Assembly: GCA_034667685.1 (NCBI GenBank)
Contig: JAXDQU010000097.1
Location: forward strand, 1-24,699
Length of the DNA: 24,699 nucleotides
Direction of reading: 5' to 3'
Origin: Thermoplasmata archaeon
GTDB taxonomy: Archaea > Thermoplasmatota > SW-10-69-26 > JACQPN01 > JAJPHT01
The translations under genes were made by a program, and so were the position numbers. Below the pieces are notes generated by a model. The model was not told the DNA's origin. It saw only the letters and a list, made by a program, of their open reading frames with translations, and did no database searches. Shown here piece after piece: positions 1 to 7,113 of the stretch. Positions within the stretch are counted from its first letter, which is position 1. Each line of letters starts with the position of its first letter.

Positions 1-32
1 CGAGGGGCGGCTGAGGCCCCGTCGGTGCCCTG

Positions 33-82
33 CGCCTCCCCCAACCTCCCCCGGCCTCCCTTCGACTCCCCCCGCCTCCCCT
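33..82. repeat. Five imperfect tandem decamers (NNNCTCCCYY); G-rich on the minus strand
   Basis: cgcctccccc aacctccccc ggcctccctt cgactccccc cgcctcccct at exact 10-nt period. Confidence 0.75.
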
Positions 83-113
83 CGCCCTCATCCGACCCGG
101 AACAGCCCGTGTC

Positions 114-119
114 TTTAAG
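114..119 (+). promoter_or_regulatory. Archaeal TATA box (TTTAAG)
   Basis: AT-rich hexamer in GC-rich DNA about 27 nt upstream of GTG146; same hexamer precedes fixC and the methyltransferase. Confidence 0.65.
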
Positions 120-145
120 CACCCCGGAAACCCAGTGCTCGCCTG

Positions 146-376
146 GTGGCGACGATGATGGACAAGGGCAGCAAGCCGTTGGACCCCGAGGTCCGTGCGG
201 CGGTCAAGGACCTGTTCATGGCCAGCGACGTCTTCCGGCAGGCCTACAGCGACTTCCTGCGGGGTCGCGGCGCCGACGCGCACTTCCGCCTCGAGGAGGC
301 CCAGGCGCGTCTGGACGAGGCGCGTCTGAAGGCCGCCGAAGCGGAGCTCCACGCCCGCGCGATCCGGCCGGAGTGA
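146..376 (+). CDS. Small hypothetical helical protein (76 aa; start could be ATG155)
   Basis: GC3-rich codons, natural composition with coiled-coil-like C-terminus (LEEAQARLDEARLKAAEAEL), TATA box upstream. Confidence 0.7.
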   Translation: MATMMDKGSKPLDPEVRAAVKDLFMASDVFRQAYSDFLRGRGADAHFRLEEAQARLDEARLKAAEAELHARAIRPE

Positions 377-435
377 ACTTCTCCCCAGGGCCGAGACGGA
401 ACGGATCATGGCGGAGCGCCGCCGTGCGCGCCCCG

Positions 436-618
436 ATGACCCTCCTCTTCGCGTGCCGCCGCTGTGGCGCGCCGGTCGACGTGGCGCGGCGCGCGGCCCT
501 GGTCCCGCGCCCCGCCTCCTCGCTGCTGGTGGACGTGGCCTGCGAGACGTGCGGCCACCGGGCGCTCTACCGGCCCGAGGCCGATGGGCCACCGGCCCAC
601 CTGTTAAATAAGGGCTGA
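436..618 (+). CDS. Small zinc-ribbon protein (60 aa)
   Basis: C-terminal part of ORF 25..618 from ATG436: MTLLFACRRCGAPVDV...VACETCGHRALY, two CxxCG knuckles. Confidence 0.6.
   Translation: MTLLFACRRCGAPVDVARRAALVPRPASSLLVDVACETCGHRALYRPEADGPPAHLLNKG
604..611 (+). promoter_or_regulatory. TATA box of archaellin gene (TTAAATAA)
   Basis: AT-only octamer 30 nt upstream of ATG641. Confidence 0.65.
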
Positions 619-640
619 GGGAGGCTTGTTTCCGATCCGC

Positions 641-1219
641 ATGCGCGAATCCGCTCCCTCCCGCACCCGCCGCTCCCGCGACGAGGCGGCCGAGGTTGGC
701 GTCGGCACCCTGATCGTGTTCATCGCGATGGTGCTCGTCGCCGCCGTGGCCGCCGCCGTCATCATCGGCACCTCGGGAAGCCTCGAGCAGCGCGCGCAGC
801 AGACCGGCAAGGAGGCCACCGCCGAGGTCTCCTCCAACGTGAAGGTCATCGACATCTTCGGCGTGCGCGCCGACACCTCGCACGACGTCTCGACCCTGCG
901 CTTCGAGCTGGAGCTCTCCGCGGGCAGCAAGGACGTCGACCTCAACACCATGATCATCCGCTACTCGGACGGCCAGACCGTCTCGATGTACAGCCTCTCG
1001 GGCTCGCCCGGCTACAACCTCTCCTGGGTCCGCGGCGTGAACACGAACAACGTGATGAAGAGCGGCGACCTGGTCGACCTTGACCTCGCCACGCCCGCCG
1101 AGCTGGCGCCGCGCTCGCACATCCAGATCACGCTGATCCCCGAGGTGGGCTCGCCCATCGATCTCATGGTGGTCACGCCCCCGACGTACGGCACCAACAC
1201 CAACGTGCTGATCCAATGA
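641..1219 (+). CDS. flaB: Archaellin (archaeal flagellin) with class III signal peptide
   Basis: RRSRDEAA-EVGVGTLIVFIAMVLVAAVAAAVII...QRAQQTGKEATAEVSS, LSAGSKDVDL and LIPEVGSP are archaellin signatures; ATG641 chosen from TATA spacing. Confidence 0.93.
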   Translation: MRESAPSRTRRSRDEAAEVGVGTLIVFIAMVLVAAVAAAVIIGTSGSLEQRAQQTGKEATAEVSSNVKVIDIFGVRADTSHDVSTLRFELELSAGSKDVDLNTMIIRYSDGQTVSMYSLSGSPGYNLSWVRGVNTNNVMKSGDLVDLDLATPAELAPRSHIQITLIPEVGSPIDLMVVTPPTYGTNTNVLIQ

Positions 1220-1234
1220 CGAAGGGACATCGGC

Positions 1235-1240
1235 TTTAAG
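1235..1240 (+). promoter_or_regulatory. TATA box of fixC-fixX (TTTAAG)
   Basis: 31 nt upstream of ATG1271. Confidence 0.65.
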
Positions 1241-1270
1241 TGGGGTTGCCGCAATCGCGCCTCGACCTCC

Positions 1271-2578
1271 ATGGCCGATTTCGACGTCATCGTCGTGGGC
1301 GCGGGCGTGTGCGGCTCCACGGCCGCCGCGCGCATGGCCCAGAAGGGCCTCAACGTCCTCCTCGTGGACCGCGCCAAGCCGATCGGCTCCAAGAACCTCT
1401 CCGGCGGCGTCCTCTGGGGCCACGACCTGGACGAGGTCTTCCCCACCTGGTGGAAGGACGCGCCCATCGAGCGCCCCATCACCCAGAAGGGCGTGGGCAT
1501 GCTCACGAAGGAGTCGAACTTCACCATCGGCTTCGGCACCGAGGAATGGAAGCGCCCGCCCTACAACGCGTTCACCGTGCTGCGCGCGCGCTTCGACCTG
1601 TGGCTCTCCGAGCAGGCCGCGAAGGCCGGCGTCACCGTCATCGACGGCGTGAACGTCGACCACCTCGCCATCGACGACGTGAACGGCATCCGCACCGTCA
1701 AGGGCGTCGTCCAGGGCGGCGACACCATCACCGCGGACTGCGTGATCCTCGCGGACGGTTGCAACTCGCGCCTGAGCATGGACCTGGGCATCCGCGGCAA
1801 GCTCGACCGCACCAACTACGTCACGGGCGTCAAGCAGGTCATCAAGTTCCCCAGCGAGAAGGCCATCGAGGACCGCTTCGGCATCGGCCCGGGCGAAGGC
1901 GTCGCGATGGAGTACGTCCTGGGCTACCTGGAGAACGGCGCGAAGGCCGGCGGCTTCCTCTACACCAACAAGGACACGATCAGCCTCGGCGTCGTCGTGA
2001 ACCTTGATAGCATCTGGGAGAAGGGCGTCTACAACCACAAGATCATGGAGTCGTTCCGCACGCACCCCCAGATCGCGAGCCTGCTCAAGGGCGGCGAGAT
2101 GGTCGAGTACGGCGCGCACCTGATCCCCGTGGGCATGGAGCACTGCGTCCCGCAGCTCTCCGGCCAGGGCTGGATGATCGCGGGCGACGCGGCCGGCTTC
2201 GTCTACAGCAACGGCCTCGTGATCCACGGCATGAACTACGCCATCCGCTCCGGCATCATCGCCGCGGACGCCGCCGTCGCCGCCAAGGCCGCGGGCGGCT
2301 TCACGCAGCGCCACCTGAGCGTCTACGACCGCATGATCAAGGAGTCCTACATCTGGCAGGACTTCGAGAACCTCGGCACCGCGCACGAGTTCGAGTGGGA
2401 CGACATGAACCACTTCGTCATCCCCAAGCTCGCCGAGGGTGTGATGAAGGGCATGTTCACCTACACCGGCGAGCCCAAGATCACCACCGAGACGCGCGTC
2501 CGCAAGCAGCTCAAGCAGCAGAAGGTCTCGCTGATGCGCCTCGCGCGCTTCGGGCTGAAGGCCAGGAAGTCCCTCTGA
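1271..2578 (+). CDS. fixC: FixC-like FAD-dependent oxidoreductase (ETF:quinone oxidoreductase family)
   Basis: DVIVVGAGVCG Rossmann motif, GSKNLSGG, FTVLRARFDLWL, GGFLYTNKDTISLG, EYGAHLIP, GDAAGF; followed by fixX. Confidence 0.9.
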   Translation: MADFDVIVVGAGVCGSTAAARMAQKGLNVLLVDRAKPIGSKNLSGGVLWGHDLDEVFPTWWKDAPIERPITQKGVGMLTKESNFTIGFGTEEWKRPPYNAFTVLRARFDLWLSEQAAKAGVTVIDGVNVDHLAIDDVNGIRTVKGVVQGGDTITADCVILADGCNSRLSMDLGIRGKLDRTNYVTGVKQVIKFPSEKAIEDRFGIGPGEGVAMEYVLGYLENGAKAGGFLYTNKDTISLGVVVNLDSIWEKGVYNHKIMESFRTHPQIASLLKGGEMVEYGAHLIPVGMEHCVPQLSGQGWMIAGDAAGFVYSNGLVIHGMNYAIRSGIIAADAAVAAKAAGGFTQRHLSVYDRMIKESYIWQDFENLGTAHEFEWDDMNHFVIPKLAEGVMKGMFTYTGEPKITTETRVRKQLKQQKVSLMRLARFGLKARKSL

Positions 2579-2589
2579 GGTGATGTCAC

Positions 2590-2889
2590 ATGGCGGAGCT
2601 GACCAAGGAGCCCATGGAAATCAAGGCGATGCTCGGCACGACGTCGTACAACTTCGACGCCCACGAGTACGCGCACATCACCATCGACCAGAGCATCTGC
2701 AAGACCTGCCCGCACTTCATGTGCATGTACGGCTGCCCCGCCGGATGCTTCTCGCTGAACGAGGGCGTCATGCAGTTCCAGTACGAGGACTGCGTGGAGT
2801 GCGGCACCTGTGATATCATGTGCACGCCCGGGTCCGTGAAGTGGAACAACCCGCGCGGCACGTACGGCGTGAAGTACAAATATGGCTGA
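2590..2889 (+). CDS. fixX: FixX-like ferredoxin
   Basis: AHITID, CKTCPHFMCMYGCPAGCF, CVECGTCDIMC, WNNPRGTYGVKYKYG; SD-like GAGGTGA upstream. Confidence 0.92.
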   Translation: MAELTKEPMEIKAMLGTTSYNFDAHEYAHITIDQSICKTCPHFMCMYGCPAGCFSLNEGVMQFQYEDCVECGTCDIMCTPGSVKWNNPRGTYGVKYKYG

Positions 2890-2911
2890 GGCCGAAGCCG
2901 CAGCTTCGGCC
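2890..2911. terminator. GC-rich hairpin directly after fixX stop (possible terminator or stabilising stem)
   Basis: GGCCGAAGC-CGCA-GCTTCGGCC, perfect 9-bp stem; no U-tract. Confidence 0.45.
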
Positions 2912-2959
2912 GGAAGTACAAGCACGGGCGAGCGCGGCCACTGGCTGCGCGCCATCCTT

Positions 2960-3052
2960 TGTGAGGCCGCCCGCAGCGGCTGGACCGACCGCCGCGGGTT
3001 CGAGTGAGCGCTCCGGCTTTTCCCCGAGCTTGGCACCCTCACCCCCGCTGCG
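2960..3052 (-). ncRNA. Candidate structured small RNA or degenerate tRNA-Leu-like element
   Basis: Nested stems GTGAGG/CCTCAC, CCCGCGGCGG/CCGCTGCGGG (G-U on minus strand), GCTCGG/CCGGAGC; no credible ORF. Confidence 0.3.
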
Positions 3053-3069
3053 CGTGCATCCCGTCGAGG

Positions 3070-3102
3070 CGCGCTTCGCGTCTTTAAGCCGGAAGAAGCG
3101 CG
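3070..3102 (+). promoter_or_regulatory. TATA box (TTTAAG 3083-3088) flanked by an 8-bp inverted repeat
   Basis: CGCGCTTC-N17-GAAGCGCG; TATA is 27 nt upstream of GTG3115. Confidence 0.55.
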
Positions 3103-3114
3103 TGGGAGGGCCCA

Positions 3115-4446
3115 GTGGCCGCCGGTCAACCGCGACTCGGGACCGCACGCCCGGTCGAGCCCTCCGCATCCGTCGGCGCGGGCGACGAGGCGGCCGGCGC
3201 GGGGTCCACGAGCTTCGTCTCGAACATGAAGCTCCCCGTGCACCGGTGGTACCGCTACTCGGCGGGCTACTCCGCGACGTGGGCGCGCGACGAGATCGTG
3301 GCCGCCAAGGGCCGCTTCCCCCAGGGGGTGCGCGTGCTCGATCCGTTCGCGGGCTCGGGCACCACGCTGCTTGCCGCGGACGAGGCGGGGGTCCCGAGCT
3401 TCGGCTTCGAGGCGCAGCCCTTCGCGTTCCGGGTCTGCGAGGCGAAGCTGGCGTGGGACGCGCCGGCCGAGCCTTTCTCGCGCCACCTGGGGTCGGTGCT
3501 CCAGGCCGCGAAGGCGGACGTGCAGCCCGTCGCCTCGACGCCCCTTCTCGACAAGTGCTTCGCGCCCGAGGTCGCGCGGCAGCTCCAGTCGCTCGCGCGC
3601 GCCGTGGACGCGGAGCAGACGGACGAGCCCACGCGGAGGCTCCTCTGGCTGGCGCTCGTCGCGATCATCCGCCGCTGCTCGCACGCGGGCACCGCGCCGT
3701 GGCAATACGTGCTGCCCGCGAAGACGAAGGCCAAGGTCGTCACGCAGGTCTTCGCCGAGTACGAGGCGCAGGCCCGGACCATGCTCCAGGACATGCGGAC
3801 CTTCGCCGCGGCGGGCGCGAAGCGCGGGAGCGCCGTCCTTCCCTTCGACGCCCGGAGCGTGCCGGAGGGCCACGGCGTCCACGATATCAATCTCGTCGTC
3901 ACCTCGCCGCCGTACGCGAACAACTACGACTACGGGGACGCGACGCGGCTGGAGCTGACGCTGCTGGGCGACGTCGCCGGGTGGGGCGACCTGAAGCGAT
4001 ATCGCGAGCGCCTGGTCGTGAGCTGCTCGCAGCACGCGGCCTACCTCGATCAGAAGGCGCGTCACCTCCTCGGGAAGCCCCTGCTCGCCCCGATCCGGGC
4101 CGACCTCGAGGCGGCATGCGGCGAGCTTGGGAAGCTCCGCGAGACGCGGGGCGGGAAGAAGCAGTACGACGACATGGTCGCGTCCTACTTCCACGGGATG
4201 GCGGAGCATTGGCGCGAGCTTCGCGGCCTGCTCGCGCCCGGCGCCGAGCTTTGCTACGTCGTGGGCGACAGCGCGCCCTACGGCGTCCCCATCCCCACGG
4301 ACGAGTGGCTCACGCGTCTCGCCGAGCCGTTCGGGTTCGCGTTCGATCGCTTCGACAAGGTGCGCGACCGGAACGTGAAGTGGAAGAACCGGAAGCACCG
4401 CGTGCCGCTGAACGAAGGGTGCCTCTGGCTGACGTTCCAACCTTGA
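3115..4446 (+). CDS. Orphan DNA amino-methyltransferase, probably N4-methylcytosine, alpha-type motif order
   Basis: Motif I VLDPFAGSGTT near the N-terminus, motif IV VVTSPPYANNYDY about 180 aa later, PVHRWYRYSAGYS, VVGDS; no adjacent endonuclease. Confidence 0.88.
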   Translation: MAAGQPRLGTARPVEPSASVGAGDEAAGAGSTSFVSNMKLPVHRWYRYSAGYSATWARDEIVAAKGRFPQGVRVLDPFAGSGTTLLAADEAGVPSFGFEAQPFAFRVCEAKLAWDAPAEPFSRHLGSVLQAAKADVQPVASTPLLDKCFAPEVARQLQSLARAVDAEQTDEPTRRLLWLALVAIIRRCSHAGTAPWQYVLPAKTKAKVVTQVFAEYEAQARTMLQDMRTFAAAGAKRGSAVLPFDARSVPEGHGVHDINLVVTSPPYANNYDYGDATRLELTLLGDVAGWGDLKRYRERLVVSCSQHAAYLDQKARHLLGKPLLAPIRADLEAACGELGKLRETRGGKKQYDDMVASYFHGMAEHWRELRGLLAPGAELCYVVGDSAPYGVPIPTDEWLTRLAEPFGFAFDRFDKVRDRNVKWKNRKHRVPLNEGCLWLTFQP

Positions 4447-4550
4447 CACCGCGAGGGTCGGCCAGGACGAGGCCCCGCGGTTCGCACGATTCGGGCGCTC
4501 GCAGAGAACCGTCTTGCTTCGCGACGCGCACGCTGGGCGCCGGTGTGCAG

Positions 4551-4949
4551 ATGAGGACCCCCAAGCCCGGCGCCGCCGCGCAAGAGATCGTCGCCGACGT
4601 GGCGATCGCTCCGGACGCCGGCATCTCGGCGACCGGCGACGCGAGCGTGCAGGATGCCGCGAACGTGAACGTGCCCCTGCGCGTGCAGGGACGTCTCGTC
4701 GTGGGTCGCGGCGCGCAGATCCACGGCTCCGTGTGGGCGGGAGGCGGCGCGGAGGTCGGCGACGGGGCGCGCATCCACGGCTCGATGGCCTCGCAGGGCC
4801 CCGTGAAGTGGGGTCGGGGCGCGACGGCGCGCGCGGCGCACCTGGAGGGCCCGCTGATCACGACCGGCGACCTCGTCCGGGCGAACGCGCTGATCGCGAC
4901 GCGCGGCATCCACGTCGGGCGCTCGCGGCCGCAGGAGGGACCGGCGTGA
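4551..4949 (+). CDS. Soluble beta-helix repeat protein, bactofilin/polymer-forming-like (132 aa)
   Basis: C-terminal part of ORF 2820..4949 from ATG4551; ~17-residue rungs LRVQGRLVVGRGAQIHG, SVWAGGGAEVGDGARIHG, SMASQGPVKWGRGATAR. Confidence 0.7.
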   Translation: MRTPKPGAAAQEIVADVAIAPDAGISATGDASVQDAANVNVPLRVQGRLVVGRGAQIHGSVWAGGGAEVGDGARIHGSMASQGPVKWGRGATARAAHLEGPLITTGDLVRANALIATRGIHVGRSRPQEGPA

Positions 4950-5503
4950 GCCTCGACCTGGCGGCGCCACCCACGATGCTCGTGGTCGTCGCGGTCGTGG
5001 TCTGCATCCCCGTCGTGTGGCTCGCGTTGACGGTCTCGCGGAGGCGCCCCACGATCGTGGAGACGCCCGGGGCGGCGCCCCTCCGCGGCGGCGTGCCGCT
5101 CGACGAGCTCGTCGAGAAGGGCGGGAACGCCTCGCTCGCGCTCCAAGGCGAGTTCACCATCCGCTCGGACCTGCAGATCCCCGATGGTTTCGTCCTCCAC
5201 GGCTCGCTCGTGCTCGGGCCCGATGCGTCGCTGGAGGCGCCCGCCGAGGTCTTCGGCACGGTGACGCTGGGCGAGCGGGCGACGCTGCGCTGCCCCGTGC
5301 TGGTCCACGGCGACCTCGTGCTGGGGCGCAACGCGCGATGCATGGCGGCGCACGTCGAGGGGAACGCCTTCCTGAACGCGGGCGCCGCGGTCGACGGCGC
5401 GCTCCGCTGCGCGGCGCTCCACCTCGAGGAAGAGGACCGCGGGGAGCCCGTCCGCATCCGCGGCGCGGAGGCCGCGAGCGCCGGGGGCGAGATCGCCGCC
5501 TGA
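4946..5503 (+). CDS. Membrane-anchored beta-helix repeat protein, bactofilin/polymer-forming-like (185 aa)
   Basis: GTGA overlap with upstream stop, GGAGG SD; N-terminal TM (MLVVVAVVVCIPVVWLALTV then RRR); rungs FVLHGSLVLGPDASLEA, AEVFGTVTLGERATLRC, VLVHGDLVLGRNARC, HVEGNAFLNAGAAVDG. Confidence 0.75.
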   Translation: MSLDLAAPPTMLVVVAVVVCIPVVWLALTVSRRRPTIVETPGAAPLRGGVPLDELVEKGGNASLALQGEFTIRSDLQIPDGFVLHGSLVLGPDASLEAPAEVFGTVTLGERATLRCPVLVHGDLVLGRNARCMAAHVEGNAFLNAGAAVDGALRCAALHLEEEDRGEPVRIRGAEAASAGGEIAA

Positions 5504-5620
5504 TCAGCCGGCCTTGTGGCCCAGCCGGCGCGCGTGGTCCACCATCTCCTGCCGCTCGTGGAAGACCTTCCCGCAGGAGCAGGTGAAGTGCTGGTGGCCG
5601 GCGTGCGGGTCCGAGGGCAT
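5504..5620 (-). CDS. 38-aa C2H2-type zinc-finger microprotein
   Basis: MPSDPHAGHQHFTCSCGKVFHERQEMVDHARRLGHKAG: F-x-C-x-C-GKxF...H-x5-H. Confidence 0.65.
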   Translation of the reverse strand: MPSDPHAGHQHFTCSCGKVFHERQEMVDHARRLGHKAG

Positions 5621-5735
5621 CCCGCGCGCAGCCGATCGCGAGCGCTTCAGGGTTCCGTCGTGCATCGCGGCGGCGCCGGCCTGGCGAAGGCGCGTACCAC
5701 ACGCGACGACTACGGGCGCCCGCGAGGCCCGCGCC

Positions 5736-5987
5736 ATGAAGCTCCTCGTCCCCGACGCCGCCCTCGCCGACCTGGCCCTCCTTGACGTGATCGACGTGCG
5801 CCTCGATGGCAGCTATACGATCAACCAGGAGTTCCTGGCGGCGTGCCGCGCGGCCTACGTCGCGGCGCCGCACCGGTTCGACGACATCGTGCCCGGCATG
5901 ATCCTCGCCCGCGCGATGGCCCGCGGCCTGGCGCACGCCCTCGACGTGGACGCGCTCACGCTCGCGGCCTTCGAGATCGCGGCGTAG
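5736..5987 (+). CDS. Small hypothetical protein (83 aa)
   Basis: From ATG5736 in ORF 5514..5987 (MKLLVPDAALADLALLDVIDVRLDGSYTINQEF...); strong GC3 bias. Confidence 0.65.
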   Translation: MKLLVPDAALADLALLDVIDVRLDGSYTINQEFLAACRAAYVAAPHRFDDIVPGMILARAMARGLAHALDVDALTLAAFEIAA

Positions 5988-6029
5988 GCCGCCGGCAGGT
6001 TCAAGTCCGCCGCGCGCCGAGCCTCGGCC

Positions 6030-6182
6030 ATGCGCTGGAGGAAGGCGTCCCCGCCGCTCTTCGTGGCCGGCATCGGCATGATGGGCTGGGGGATCGGCGA
6101 TGATATCACCCCGCTCTGGATCGCGGGCATCGCCGTCTTCGTCATCGGCCTCGCGCTGATCGCGAAGCGCAAGCGGAATTAG
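6030..6182 (+). CDS. Small two-TM membrane protein (50 aa, not in ORF track)
   Basis: Translated by hand: MRWRKASPPLFVAGIGMMGWGIGDDITPLWIAGIAVFVIGLALIAKRKRN; basic termini; stop overlaps the convergent gene's stop. Confidence 0.7.
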   Translation: MRWRKASPPLFVAGIGMMGWGIGDDITPLWIAGIAVFVIGLALIAKRKRN

Positions 6183-7060
6183 CCGCTCTGGACGCAAGCG
6201 TTCGCGCTGTTGCTCCAAAGGCTCTGCACGGCGAACTTTCCGGTGCTCAGCGTGATGTCCTGCATCGCGCCCTGGCCGCTGGAGATCCAGGCGCAGATGT
6301 CGCCCGTCTCGCCGTTGCTGGGGTCGTTCCAGCCCGTGTTCGGCACGGGGTCGGTGACGGCCTCGGCGTACTCGTGGCCCGCGACGATGGTGACGCCGTC
6401 GAGGTTGCCCGCCGCGCCGGAGTTCACGAAGTTGTCTCCGCACGAGCTGACGAGGAAGTTGTCCGAGTCCGGGATGTAGGGGAAGTCGACGTAGGCGATG
6501 GTGCGCGTGCCGGCCGTGGTCGCGCTGTGGTAGGCGCAGTAGCCGCCCGGGCCGAACTCCGCGTTGTTGTGCAGGTGCGGGAGCGCGATGAAGTAGACCG
6601 CGTCCTGCGGGTAGCCGAAGTGCGACGCCGCGTAGTTGGCCTCGGTGGCGATCCACTCGTCGGGGATCGTCAGCGGCTCGGTGCGGTTGTCCCACCAGAC
6701 GCCGCCGAGCTGGTTGGCCTGGTTGCCCACGTGCCCCGCCGCGTCGGTGTATTGCGTCTGGCTCTCCAGCCACGAGCTTCCGCCGATGCCCGCGAAGAAG
6801 GCCGCGAGCACGGGCGCCTCGCCCGCGGGGTCGGCCGGGAGCGGGTTGGCCGCGGAGCCCCAGCCCCAGAAGACGAGGTAGACCTTCGGCGCGTGGAGGA
6901 CCGGGCCGCCGCCCCAGACCATGTGCGCGGCGATGGCGGGCGCGGCGTTCCCGGCGGCGGGCGCGGGCGCCATCCCCTCCACGACGCGCGGCATGGCGCC
7001 GCCCAGGACGTAGGGTGATAGCAGGATCAGACCGAGGAGGGCGAAGCCGGCCGCTCGCAT
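6179..7060 (-). CDS. Secreted Phi-1/EXORDIUM-like protein (zincin-like HExxE motif)
   Basis: Signal peptide MRAAGFALLGLILLS; GGPVLHAPKVYLVFWG, YCAYHS, YVDFPY, GHEYAEAVTDP, GETGDICAW, VQSLWSN. Confidence 0.75.
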   Translation of the reverse strand: MRAAGFALLGLILLSPYVLGGAMPRVVEGMAPAPAAGNAAPAIAAHMVWGGGPVLHAPKVYLVFWGWGSAANPLPADPAGEAPVLAAFFAGIGGSSWLESQTQYTDAAGHVGNQANQLGGVWWDNRTEPLTIPDEWIATEANYAASHFGYPQDAVYFIALPHLHNNAEFGPGGYCAYHSATTAGTRTIAYVDFPYIPDSDNFLVSSCGDNFVNSGAAGNLDGVTIVAGHEYAEAVTDPVPNTGWNDPSNGETGDICAWISSGQGAMQDITLSTGKFAVQSLWSNSANACVQSG

Positions 7061-7113
7061 GCGGCTGCCAGGATGGAAGGCGGCTTGGTCTTTCTCCTGC
7101 GACAGGCTTCGTC

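Noticed and set aside
2960-3042. Functional tRNA gene
   Set aside because: No paired D-stem, no canonical anticodon arm and no GTTCRANYC T-loop; kept only as a candidate structured RNA
2461-4449. 662-aa minus-strand ORF and the N-terminal part of ORF 2820..4949
   Set aside because: Arg/Pro/Gly-rich shadow frames of the methyltransferase, as expected in high-GC DNA; only 4551..4949 looks coding
3115-5503. Complete restriction-modification system
   Set aside because: Downstream genes are beta-helix proteins; no PD-(D/E)xK, HNH or helicase motifs seen
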